In this document: piece by piece, positions 1 through 11,800 of the stretch | Numbering within the stretch: position 1 is the first letter of the stretch | How the letters are laid out: each line of letters starts with the position of its first letter | Assembly: GCF_024521635.1 (NCBI RefSeq) | Contig: NW_026250424.1 | Span: 372,001-436,000, forward strand | Source of the DNA: Tricharina praecox | Lineage: Eukaryota | DNA length: 64,000 nt | Direction: 5' to 3' | Made by a program: the position numbers and the translations under genes | The notes under the pieces: generated by a model | What the model saw: only the letters and a program-made list of their open reading frames with translations | The model's database searches: none | Told to the model about the DNA's origin: nothing

Positions 1-100
1 CGAGAGCTATGTGATACTTACAGGGAAGCGGAGGCTTCAGGCTTGTGCGGCGGTTGCGGCGGGCGCAGCCGGTATGGCGCTGGTTGGCGCGTGGGCTTGA
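1..100 (+). CDS. Possible 3' end of an upstream gene with a hydrophobic C-terminus (partial)
   Basis: Frame starting at 2 reads ESYVILTGKRRLQACAAVAAGAAGMALVGAWA then TGA TAA, followed by T-rich 3'UTR-like sequence. No family recognisable. Confidence 0.35.
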   Translation, partial: ESYVILTGKRRLQACAAVAAGAAGMALVGAWA

Positions 101-518
101 TAAGGCTTTTTTGGGCGGTGGTGGGGGTATATTATTATGTACTAATGGTCCACTATTCGGATCTGGGCTGGATGGCGCTGGATTTTGCTCTTGCTTTGCT
201 TAAATATATGTTGCGTTTGATTATTGCCTAAACATCAAGGCTTGGTGAATCAGTGCTCGAGTGATCGTCTATGCATGTGTTTTTCGATCTCGAGGCATCT
301 TCCAAATCCAGAAGGATACAGGTAGTTGAGGATGCAGCGAGCGAGAAGTATGTAGCTTGGAACAGCTCATCCACTTCTCAAGATCTGATTCAAGTTGGGA
401 CCGTCAATCAATCACATGCCAAGCCCCACCCCACCACGCCGGCGGCCGCACGGACGGCCGTCACCCCACCTTTCCAGCTACCAGCTAACTAGAGCTCCAC
501 ACCCCGCCAACCACCTCC

Positions 519-1612
519 ATGCCCGCGTCCAGCAGTAGCGACGAGGACTTCGCGCGGCGCCTAGCCGCGCTCAAATCCAAGCCGTAACTACACCCGCCAC
601 CGCCCCGTCCTCGAGCCCTTCCACACGTGCATCTAACCATTCCTTTCCTACAGAACGCCCGACGACACCGCGAGCGCCAGCTCGGATGACGTGCTCTCCG
701 CGCGCTTCGCGGCACTGTTCTCGCGCGCGCCCGGCTCCACCCTTACTACTCCACCCGCAGTAGCGAAGCCAAAGACGAAGGATACGCCGGGAAACCCCGA
801 GGACGAGCTCGACTTCTCGGAGCTGGTCGCTGGGGTGCAGCGGGAGAAGGGACGGGCGTGCGACGACGTCGGCGCAAAGGATAGGGCGGAGATCGACGCG
901 CTGCTGGAGGAGGCGGCGGGGTTTGCGGGAGAGGCGGAGGAGGCGCCGGAGTGGTTGGCTGATGTTGGGGTGGAGGAGGGGGAGGGGGAGGCGGAGGGGG
1001 CAAAAGGGACGGGCAGCGAGTGGGATCTGAAGGATGAAGAGGACGAGATCTTAAAGAAGGTGCGGGAGGAGGTGGAGTGGGAGCGCCGGCATGGGGTGGT
1101 CGATTCCGACGAGGAGGAGGAGGAGGAGGAGGAGGAGGAGGATCACAATGCGCACCTGAAAGAGGAGCGGAAAGAGGGCGATGAGGATGATGATGGTGAG
1201 CTTGCTGCGTTGGCGGCTAGGTTCAAAGCTCTCGGCGGAGGTGGCGCCGGTGGAACGGGTGGTGAAGGCGGTGGGGGAGACCTCGATCTACCAGCGGTCC
1301 CCTCCGTGGCGCCGGGGAGTGCCCTCAGAATCACACCAAAAAAGAAGATGGAACTGCCAGGCATCAGTGAGATCGATACGTGGTGCTGTATTTGCAATGA
1401 GGATGCGGAATATAGGTGCTCGGGATGCGATAATGACATTTATTGCAAGGAGTGTTTGTACGAAGGTACGCAAGGGGGGAGAATAGGGAAGTGTAAGGAG
1501 TGCATGCTAACATTGGGTGATAGCGCATGTGGGTCCGCAAGCTGGGTATGAGGAGAAGAGACACAAGTGGACGAAGTATGTACGGCCAAAGAAGATTATC
1601 AGTGCGCAATAG
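519..1612 (+). CDS. ZFYVE19/ANCHR-like (abscission checkpoint regulator-like) protein with a C-terminal Cys/His zinc finger
   Basis: ATG 519; introns 584-653 and 1466-1523 (GT..CTAAC..AG) keep the frame. C-terminus is [30 protein letters not shown]..H; long acidic linker; TAG at 1610-1612. Confidence 0.75.
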
Positions 1613-1814
1613 ATATGAGGAAATACAAACAAACACGAGTGAACGTTGCAAATGGTTTTTTGAACTTGGCTTATTAATATCAACCATCTCCAACAAATTC
1701 CCATGCTTTGACAAATGCTTAATGGCAAGAATAGACATTACTATGTTCAGCAGGCACTTGACCTGGTTAAAGCAAATACTGCAAATATACAACTCCTTCA
1801 ATCTCACTTTGCCC

Positions 1815-2770
1815 CTAGTCTACCCAGGCGCCAGGCACAAAAAGTTCCGAAGTGACAGGTGTCTTGAGGGAGGCAGTATCAGTAGACTCGCCAACATCCT
1901 CCTCGCCAGCTTCTGCCTCGATGGTGGCCTCGGTGGGAGTGCCGACAATCTCGGCAGCCATTCCCTCCACCTGCGTATCCACCATGACCAAGGTCGCGGT
2001 GACTTGGACGGCAGCACGCCCAACAGCCTCCACCGACATCCTGCCCACCGCACTGGTGGAGTATCTCGAAGCAACGGCGGGCTCCTCCTCTTCCACCTCC
2101 TCCATGATGGGGTCGATGGTATTTATGTTCTTATTCCAAGAACTGGGATAAGACAAGCTATTCGCCGGCCCGGAATTAGAGGAGGCCTCCGCCATCTCCG
2201 AGTGTAGCATCCGACGGGGGACACCAAGCATCGCGTCGGTGGTGGCCTGCATACTGCCATCGTCCCAACCGCCGCCGTAAAACCCGGTATCTCGGATCCT
2301 ATTCCGTCCGCATTAGTATCCTGCACTGTGGAGAAGATAGGGCGGAGAACTTACACCGGCAAGATGTAATCTTGATTCTGGGCCTTTCCTTTGCCCTTGT
2401 CTACACCAAGCTTGGTGATGTTGTCTCTCGGAGTTTCGGGGGACGATGGGGGGCGGCTGAGGGCAGGCTGTTGCGAGATGTCGCCTCCCTTAACGGCACA
2501 TGACTGTGCTTCGCAGGGAGAAAGAGGGGGTGCGGAACCGGTACGCTGAAGAGGGTTCTTCTTCTTTTTGCGCAGATTGAGAGATGAGAACAGGCGGGCA
2601 AAGGAGTATTGTTTGCGGTGTGTGTTGGGGTTGGCGTTTGCCTCACCGGTGTCGGTGGTAGCGGAGGTGGAGGTGGTGGCAGGGGGAACTGCCGGCTTCT
2701 TCTTTCGGAGGAAGTGGTGGGATATTCGATACGGGAAGCGACGGTCATCGGGTGTGGTGGGAGGCGCCAT
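1815..2770 (-). CDS. Hypothetical low-complexity protein, two exons, ending FVPGAWVD
   Basis: ORF 2770-2355 is joined in frame to ORF 2252-1815 by an intron at about 2354-2299 (GTAAGT..TACTAAT..TAG). The true 5' end may lie further upstream (see next feature). Confidence 0.65.
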
Positions 2771-3714
2771 CTTCGGGATGACGTAGATGCCGAAGTGTTG
2801 GTTGTCGGTTGGCGAGACGGCAGGTGGTTGGTGCGGAGGATGTTGCTCGGAAGGATCAAGTAGAAGACGATGACGGCAGTGGTTGTGGACAACAAAGCTT
2901 TCGGTTGAGCTAGCTTCTTAACTTTATTGATGGTGAAAGTAAAGAGGAGAAGGTTAAGATTCGAGGAAGATTGATTTTAGGGAGGATGAAGCTTGAACTG
3001 GAGGTGTCGCTCGAGTTGAAGCTCGAGTTGAAGCCCGAGTTGAAGCCCGAAGTTCTTTGTTCCGGCCGTACCAGGTGTCTGCAGGGCTGTGTGAATTGGT
3101 CTGTAAATTCCTGCTTTCCTGTACAGATGCCAATGTCTCAGGTGGTGAAGTATCGGGGGGTGGCGAGGCGGATTTATGGATTGAGTTATGGACAGAACGC
3201 GTGGGGGATCTGAAATCCTTCAAAGGTTCCATGGCACTATCTCTAGAGAAAAGTTTGATTCATCATGCTCGTTGAATGGTTCAAAAGAATATCCATAGTC
3301 CATCACTGATTCTAGAGGAAATCCATCCGAAGATATTACAACTGAAACCATGATCTTCATCCGGCCATTATTCCTCCCTCAACCCGATGATGCATCGAAA
3401 AAAACAAAGCCCCATTATCTTCCACGCCATGAGTAAACCTTCAACACCGATAGTTTACCATTTGCCCATCTTCGACAGTCCATTCAGATTCACAACCGCA
3501 TATCCCAGCACCAACACCACAATGGTGGTAATAACACCCCATTTGTTGAATTCAGTCCTCGGAAATCTTCAATTATTGGTTAAGTACTTCAGTACAGCCG
3601 GGAAGTATACACTCACCCTTCGAGTCTCATAGTGCTACTGTCGGACTGCAGTCTGGCTTCGTCGTGAAAGAGCGAGAGGAAAGCGAATGGCGAGGATGAG
3701 TGGGAGCGAGCCAT
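2771..3714 (-). pseudogene. Possible decayed N-terminal membrane region of the 1815-2770 gene, or a separate 69-aa spliced membrane peptide (3714-3455)
   Basis: ATG 3714 and a putative intron 3616-3567 (GTGAGT..CTTAAC..AAG). The frame then matches the 2770 ATG frame, with hydrophobic segments (WGVITTIVVLVLGYAVV) but 8 in-frame stops. Confidence 0.4.
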
Positions 3715-6700
3715 GTTGATGTCGTTGAAGGTGTAGGCGGGAGGTGAGAGGAGGGAGGTGGACGGTGGGAGGTGGACGGTGGGAGGATCGAGGTATGTAG
3801 AAGTTTGGATGGAAGGAAAGAAGAGATTCCGAGCTTGATGAAGTTGATGGGAGGCAGAAAATTGCACATCATGAGCCCTTACTTGGCCGGAGGCACTTCC
3901 GCTTCGAAGGCTTATGTACTGCATTGGCTTGATTCAACTCGGTACATGTAACTACTACTCCGCACTCCCTTCGAGCGCAAGGTAGGTGTGTCGACATCTC
4001 ATTTATGGCGGCGGCGTCAGAGATGAAGCATTCGATCTGCCAGTCGGCCATCTCTGCTCGTTCGCTGCGGAAGGAGGGGAAAGGAAATCCACATCGCAGG
4101 AAGGGGCAGTGGGGAGGAACCGCAGCGTGACTGCCATGATCTACCGAGGTCGAATCCATTGATGATTAAACAGAAAAGAAAAAAAAGCTCTCTGCTGAAG
4201 CGATGTTCGAAGTGCAATTCCCCACACAATACCAATGATGTCCGTTAAGCAACCGTGTCATACAAAATACCCTTCTGAGTGACACTTGAATTCTTTTCCG
4301 GTGAGTTGAACCGTGAATGTACATATGTCATAAGGAAGAGGGATGGAGTGCGGCACGGAAGTATTGACGTTGGACATACGGTTTGTAAGTACAAGAAGTA
4401 CCTCATTAGGTTAGCCTCCGCGTACATAATACCTAAAATAACCAATCGTCTACTCCTCGCGAGATTGAGAAATAATAACCGTTCAGCTTTTGAGAATTGA
4501 GTTTGGAGATAGCTCAATCACCAGTGCGCATCATTCTGGACGAATTCCCGACATGGTCATGACATCTCACCCGCTAGCCCTGGACGGTGAATGGGGAAAC
4601 AGAGTATTTATTGCGATGATCTGGATGTGTCGCAAGCAATCAACGATGAAACAAAAAGCAAAAGATCACCGCTACCTGGCTTCCCTACCGCTCCTAGTAT
4701 GGCCATCTCATCACCTACTGTGGCATTCCGAAGGCCGAAATCACGGAGCTTCAGCTGACTCGGAAACATCTCTAGATCGGTCAGCACGGGGTGATTACTT
4801 ATGCATATAGCGTGCGTGGTGCGCTTTTTCGAGGTGATGGGCGCATTGGTGCAATGTCCCCCCACTAGCGCCTGGTGAATGCCAAATATCGGCTTCGTCA
4901 TCTTGCTTACCCATGTTTCCCGATCGTGTGTAAACAATGTTCTGTAAGAAGTCCTCAATTGAGAATTTTTCGGTCGGTCGGTAGGGACCAGGTGCCTTAT
5001 CGCCGAAAGGCCATTTGCTTCACCGAAGGCCGTTTCTTCGCCGAAGGTTTCAAAGGATCAAAAAGATTGCACATATGTACATCTCGATTGGTTGTGCTTA
5101 CAAGCAAGCAGACATGTCATTAGGGCCGTCTCCCTTCAATTCCAAATCAAATGATTGGGGAGTGCCGGAGGAGAATAGACTTGTGCGGACTCGTTAATCC
5201 CTCACTCGAGGCCGACTTGGGTAGGTGTACGTACGTGTTCCTTCAATGATTAATCCAGCACTGTCACCACCACCACCACTACTGCTACTATTACTACATA
5301 CATCCGTCGTCGTCGTCGCTACCATTCCTGCCCTCGAGTCTCTTTACCTGTATATATAATGTATATACGCATATGCGCATCCCATACTACCCGTCGTTTC
5401 GAATTCCTTGGATGATGCAGACTCAGCCTGACAGGCACCATGCAGTTCGGTACGATACACCAGTAAGCCAGAAACACCCGTCCGTTTTGTTGTCATTATT
5501 GTTTTAGATCTCCGAGTAGTCACCAGACCAGTTTTTGGCGTTTCATCGAGATCTCAGGGTGGGTAAGTACTCTGCCTATCTTATTGGATATCAGATTGTA
5601 GCAAACGAAACGAGCAAACTCTCGTATGGCGGACAGCAGCCCACCTTATCGATCACTAATACTTAATCCCCGTCTTTTGCATAGTGGTAATGCTGGTGGT
5701 GGTGGCCGATGATACTTATAAGTGTCCTAGAGCAGTCCGCCTCAACCTGAAACTTCTTCTAACCGGGCCATACTCTTGGTAGGCAGCTGTTTCCAGTTTC
5801 CGGTACGACCGCAACGTTTTTCGGCTCCCAAGCATCATGATTACTATTCTTCTCGGTCCCTGGAGTTTAGGGCAATGTGCAAGTTCGTTTCGCCTCCCCC
5901 CCTCCCCCCCTCCCTCCTCCCCCATCTCCCCTCCCCCTCCCCCTCCCGTGACCGCAGTTGCGTCTTCGATCCGAGCCGGAGCTGTTTTTAGAAACGGAAA
6001 GCTGATGGATGCCTGGGCCTTGGCCAGAGACGGCCAATGAACGGACGAGTTCTATTCCGGAACCTCGGTTGGACTATCGTTGGAACTTGGAACCGCCGAG
6101 CCGGTCCGCTGGGAATCTGGGATATGGTTTGTTTAAGCTTTTCTGCTGGCGTGGCCGCGTGGGCCCGATATTTAGGTACTTACTGGATGTCACCGTAAAG
6201 ATTAGCCTGCGCACCTGGAGACCGAAGTTCGCTACAGTCCATCCTTGCCACGGCGGGCGTTCCTTTGCGTACATCATTGGGGGCGGTGGAGGGGGCGGGG
6301 GCGGGAGGGGATCTAGTGATAGGAAATACTAGTACAGCTGCCTGTCCGAATCCCCGCACAAAAGTTTTCCAAGACTAATACCGATGAGCAGAGAGTTAAA
6401 GATATCCACCTCCCACCTATCTATGTACGTATGTACTCGTACATTCCTCCAGTCTTTGTATGGCTCCACAGCGGCCCACAATAGATCTACGCGGCGGCGA
6501 AAGCACACACCACAATGCCCAAATATTGCCCAGCCATCATCCATCCACAGCACCTGACTGACTGACACAGTCAGTTTCCTTCGGCCGGATACCTATGTTA
6601 GTAAAAGTGAAAGTAAGTACCTAGCCGATGCAGCGACGCTGACCGCGCACGGGATTCCGTTTTACTTTTATTAATCTTTTTTTCCCTCGCGATCTGACCT

Positions 6701-6802
6701 CGCCAGCTTCCGCCGTGTACATCATACTGATGGCTCTGACGAATCCGCACAATCGCATAAGTCTGGGCACCGGCGGCTCCCAACGGGTTTTGTTTTCGGT
6801 CG

Positions 6803-6845
6803 AAGACTGAAAGACTCAAAGACTCAAAGACTCAAAGACTCAAAG
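6803..6845. repeat. (AAGACTCA)n 8-bp tandem repeat
   Basis: Four exact copies plus one variant, read directly. Confidence 0.9.
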
Positions 6846-7817
6846 CTTTTTCGCGTCACCGCTGATAAATTCGATTCGAACCTGAATAGTAATCCGAAAA
6901 TGTTGTTGCTTACGCACGCCGTGCCGTTCGGTGCAAAAACTCGTTACTGTGTCTCGTTTCACCGACGGAAGCCTAGAGCTACCGTGGGCGATTGGGGTGG
7001 CGAATCGATGAGTGCTCGGTGCGGAACTCCGTCAGAGCTAAAGAGTCAAGAGTTAACACCATGATGATGATGTCCTTTCGCGTCGTCGTCGGCTTTGAGC
7101 GATGCGGATTTGGCGCCGGGGGCGGGCTCGAGATGCATAAGGCGACGCGGGCTGACATGCCCGCCAGGGCCGTGGCCGTGGCGGCCGCGGCGGTGGTGCA
7201 GTGGTGGTGGCAGTCGAGAATTAACCGCCCAACCATGCGACGCAGTCGGTAATTAAGCGCGAACTACGCTACTCTAATTGGCGTATGTAGCACTAGAATA
7301 GCCACCCCGGCAGCAACCACGTTACAACGATCCCATTGGTCTCCCTATGTTGGTATGCATACGGTATTACACAAGTCCGCGGAAGAGTGAACACAACGGT
7401 ATTACGGTGTTACGGTATTACTGGGTCTCTATCTAGGCAGCATTCTCGGGATTACTCTACTCGGTCTCCGTTTCGGTTTCTGGCGAGGACGCTACGCAGC
7501 TGGTGGTTCATCACGATCACGGTCGTTACGAACACGGCAGTATACATGCCTCTCCTAGCCTTGGTACATAACGACGATGGATGTGCGCATATCTGCGGTC
7601 AATGGATATGGATACGGTATGATCATGGCATTCAATTTCTATTCATACAGCATCGCTTAACTCTACAGGTCTAATCATGGCTCCATCAAGCATCAAACAC
7701 GCACAACAATCTCAACCCCCCCTTCCCCCCCAAACACACCAGAAGGTATCGCATAAACAAGTGAACGCCCCTCCAACGCCCCTCTGCGTCCAATCCCACT
7801 AGCTGACTTTTTACAGC

Positions 7818-8833
7818 TCAAAAGTAGCGCTCGTTATCAACGAGCCAACTGGAGAAAACACTGTCAGGTCAAGAATTACTATGCGGGGGATGCTTCCGTG
7901 TAGACTCACCGTCGTAGATGGCGGGGTAGATGATGTCCTATGGAAACAGCCGCCTGGAGCGCCTGCACACTGTCCCGGAAGTGGATGCGGCCCACGCTCA
8001 TGGGCGAGACGTTTCCGAGGCTCATTGAAGCCTCTGCTCTCTATCCGTAGGGAACAATCGTAAGTTAGCATGCATGATCTGCTTCGTCTCTGCGGGGTAA
8101 TGCCGCTGAACGTAGGATGAGAGGGGGGAGGGGGACTTACCTTCTCGAGTAGCTTGCCGGTCAGACAACCGCTGACACGGGCCGTCTCCACGGCACGGGC
8201 GAAGAAGTCCACCGCGGGCTGCAGGATCGCACGGGCTTCTACGTAGTCGGCGGTGTGCAGGCGGCGCTCAGCAGCGAGGTCGTCGTCTCGGCCGCCACTT
8301 TCCTGCTGGTGGATGCGCGCCAGCCAGAACTGGGCTTTGGACAGCCAAGCTTGTCCCAGGCCTGTGTTGCTCGCTTATCAGCCTTGCTCGTCGCACTGCA
8401 CATGCGGTCCGCACGAGTGGGGAGGGGGAAGGGTGGTACAAACCCGTGAGCGCACCCACATGGTGCGGGTCAACACTGAGCACTCTGTTCCATTCCCTCT
8501 CGCACCAGGTGGTCACCTCCGGGACACCGCCGGAGTCGGGCTCGAAGTAAGCAAAGTATTGAACCTCGTCGAGAATCCACTGGGAGGAACGGAAACACTG
8601 TCAGCCACATGCACATCCAATCCACTAGGACAAAACAATGGGGGGCTGCATACGACTCGCTCAGGGATCCGCCGAGGATCGTGCATGATCCTGCTCTGGT
8701 CGACATAGGAAATGCACTGTTGTACCGCCGCAGTGCAGCTTCGCCAGTGCGAGGGATTGCTCTGGAGGGAACTGCGGACGTTTTGGAGGCCGGCTTTGGC
8801 ACTGGCTACGAATTGTTCTGCCCGGGCGTCCAT
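7818..8833 (-). CDS. Fungal hypothetical protein, helical/TPR-like, 5 exons
   Basis: MDARAEQFVASAK.. / WILDEVQYFAYFEPDSGGVPEVTTWCEREW.. / GLGQAWLSKAQFWLARIH..DYVEARAILQPAVDFF.. / RAEASMSLGNVSP.. / WLVDNERYF*. Four canonical introns keep the frame. Confidence 0.75.
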
Positions 8834-11800
8834 CTAGTATGCTTGTTCTGTTTCGTGTGGGATGCGGGTATATGGGAGAAGCTGGAAGGAGGAGGAGGAG
8901 AAGGAGGAGGAGGAGGGGTGAGTAGTAGTAGGCGGATGGGGAGGAGGAGGAGGAAGTGAACTTGAAAAAGACGATTCCCGAGGAGAGTGCCGGTGTCCTG
9001 CTGCTATATACGGCTTTTGGGGAATGAGGATAGCTGTGAGGAGTGAGATGACTGTAGCTGTGTTTCCCGGGAACTGGTTAGAACTAAAGGCTGACGATCT
9101 GGTTGTTTGAAGATATGTACAGAACCGAGGAGCTGGAGAGCCCCAATATATATGATCTTCAGGATGCTCAAGCTACAGAGGAAGTAGGGAAGCAAGCTAG
9201 GGAGGGCGGGAGGAATGGATGGTACACTGCCCCCCTCCCGCTCCCCCCCTTCTCCCTACACTAAGTCTGTACTCATCCTCCAATCGTCCTTCTGAGGAAT
9301 CCTCATTGGTATCTCCAGAGTCCAGAGTCCAGACTTCCAACGACAAACTCCATTCACAAGCATGCTCGGGGCATATACAAAATCAAAAACTAGAACTAGG
9401 ACGAGAACGGAGAAACAATCCAGCATCGTGGGCCAAAATCAAGGAAGTGGATATCACCAGCAAGGCTTCTCCGGATCTCCGCGCAGTGTTGTGGTGATGG
9501 AGGTGAGGCAAAAGTGCTCTTTTCATTTCCATCTTTTACTAATCTGTCACTGTGAGTAGTGGAGAGAGATAGGCAGCAGAGAAAGACGACAATAACAATA
9601 ATCATCGTCATCATCATCATCCTATGCCCACCCCCCGGGCCCGGGCCCGGGCCCCGGAATCTGTTCGAGATACCTATCTGGTTAGAGGCCAGCGGTTGTT
9701 CAATGAACAAGCTGAAACATGAAGCTTGCGGCCATCCTGCAGCATTTGTCTTTTTGGTCTCCGCTAGATGTGATGATGATGTTGCTTAAGCGTCCATCTA
9801 GGTATTTGTGTAGGTAAGTAGATATGTAGGATGTTGGATCTCTCTGTCTCAGTCTGCCCTGCGAACAAGCGAGGGATAGGTATGCAGTAATAGTTGGTGG
9901 TAGTAAATAGCACTGGTGGGGTGTGGGATTTGACAAGCAGTTGATGTAGGATATTGTCATGCGTGCAAGGTAAGGCAGTTGTCCACGCCAGCGGTATACG
10001 ATATCAATCGCTTGGCTTGCTATAGGCAAGGGAGTAGGCAGGTATGCGTGGGAGCTCGGAAGACGCGCAGTCGCAGCGGCGGCAGCATTCGTCGTGGGGA
10101 ATCGGCCTCATTGGCTGCTGGGGAGATGGATAGGTGGGTGGCATGCATGTAGGTGGGGCGAACTTTATGGGACCGGGCCACCGGGTGTAGTTTTGGATGT
10201 CGACGGTGGCTTGCAATTGGATGGTGGGTGAGATCGGGAGCTCCCAGTGAGATGGGCCAGGCACCATGCGGGATGGGGTGCGGTGTGCATTGCGATTGTA
10301 TTCTCGACACCACTATTTACTATTGCTTTGTAGCATGACATAGATAGGTACAGGTACATACGCACGGAGCTTATGGAGGAGCCCGGAGGGAGATCATCCA
10401 ATGGATGGGATACAGGCGCCTGCTAGTATGGAAATCCTTCGAGTAGATGTGGTCTGGCATCTGGCATGGCCCCGGCCGGCCGCAGCGCAGCGTGTGATTT
10501 TTCTGCCACCCCTCACCTCCCACCCCTCCCCCCTCCGCAGCGCGCGGCGGCGGCACCCTCGGAAAATACTACCGACCGCAAGACTGGCAAGACTGAGTCA
10601 TGTCTAGGATATCCACGACGTTGGCCGTTGGCGAGTGCTCACGGAGGACAAATGGGGGGAGGAGGAGGGAAGCCACCAGTAGGGCTCGAGGTCAGCAAAC
10701 CTCCGCAGGCAGCCACTCCAGCAATGCCCTCTAAACATATGTACAGCTTCACTTGGCGAGTGACAAACGATAGGTACATGGCTGGGCACGACTAGCTTCC
10801 ATTCCGTCCGATTACATACTCGGATACCACATCAGACGGCCGGATGTTCTGTTCTATTCTGATCCCCTCCCGCACCCTGTTCCAACAATCGAGATACGGG
10901 GAATTGCCACAGTTGAGCCATGTTCTGGGCGAGATCCAGATCCGCCATCGGGGCGGCGCGGGTATGTACGACTCCAGATAGTGGCTGGTTAATTCCCTCC
11001 CTCTGTCTATCTTGCTTATGTGTGGGCTCTGCGCAGTATAACTAACCGTTGCAGTTAGTGACTCTATGGGTTTCCGTCAGCAAGTAATTTGACCGGGGTT
11101 TGGAACGGGCATTCGGGCGTCAGCATGCACGTGGTCTGGCGTCAAACCTTGGAGCCGATCCATAGAGATTCGGAATTCCGTTCGAAACCTGGGATCCCAA
11201 AGTGCCCTATCCCACCTGCTCCCCCTGCTCCCTCTCATCCTCATCCTCCTCCTCATCCTCCCCGGCTAGGTAAGTCAGTCAGTCAGTCACGATCCATCCG
11301 AACCCGCTCCGAGTATTCTTTGTTGATTACTCTCATATTCCTCCATTGGCCCTACCTAAGCAGTTACTAGCAGATGGGTGCGCAGTGGGCTCACCGCCAA
11401 ATCGTGAGAAATTGGGCTTGTTCGAGCTCCCATCCACTCGGCTATGTATAATGTATGGGCCATGTCATACTATACATACACGGATGCAGGCCGATTGGCG
11501 CCCAATACTTAGTTAACTACTGTACTGGAGGTATTTGTATACTCTACATAGGTGAGGATGATGCTCTACTCACTGTTCGTCGGAATAGCTATGCGGGAAG
11601 TGCACGCGGCCGACGGCCGGCGGCGGCGGTCAAGTGCCGAATCGTGTTTTGTGGCCGGCCGACGGGCGGAGTTCAAGAAGAAGAAGAATGGCTGATGATT
11701 AGAGAGTATGTACCTAGATACTTTGTAATGTCGTGATGTCGTGATGGCGGCGATGAGTCTAGATTTTGATACACAAGTACTCTACATACCTTCTTTCCTG

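Noticed and set aside
4608..4958. ORF containing LKLRDFGL, resembling a kinase DFG loop
   Set aside because: No HRD/catalytic loop, Gly-rich loop or APE motif; probably chance.
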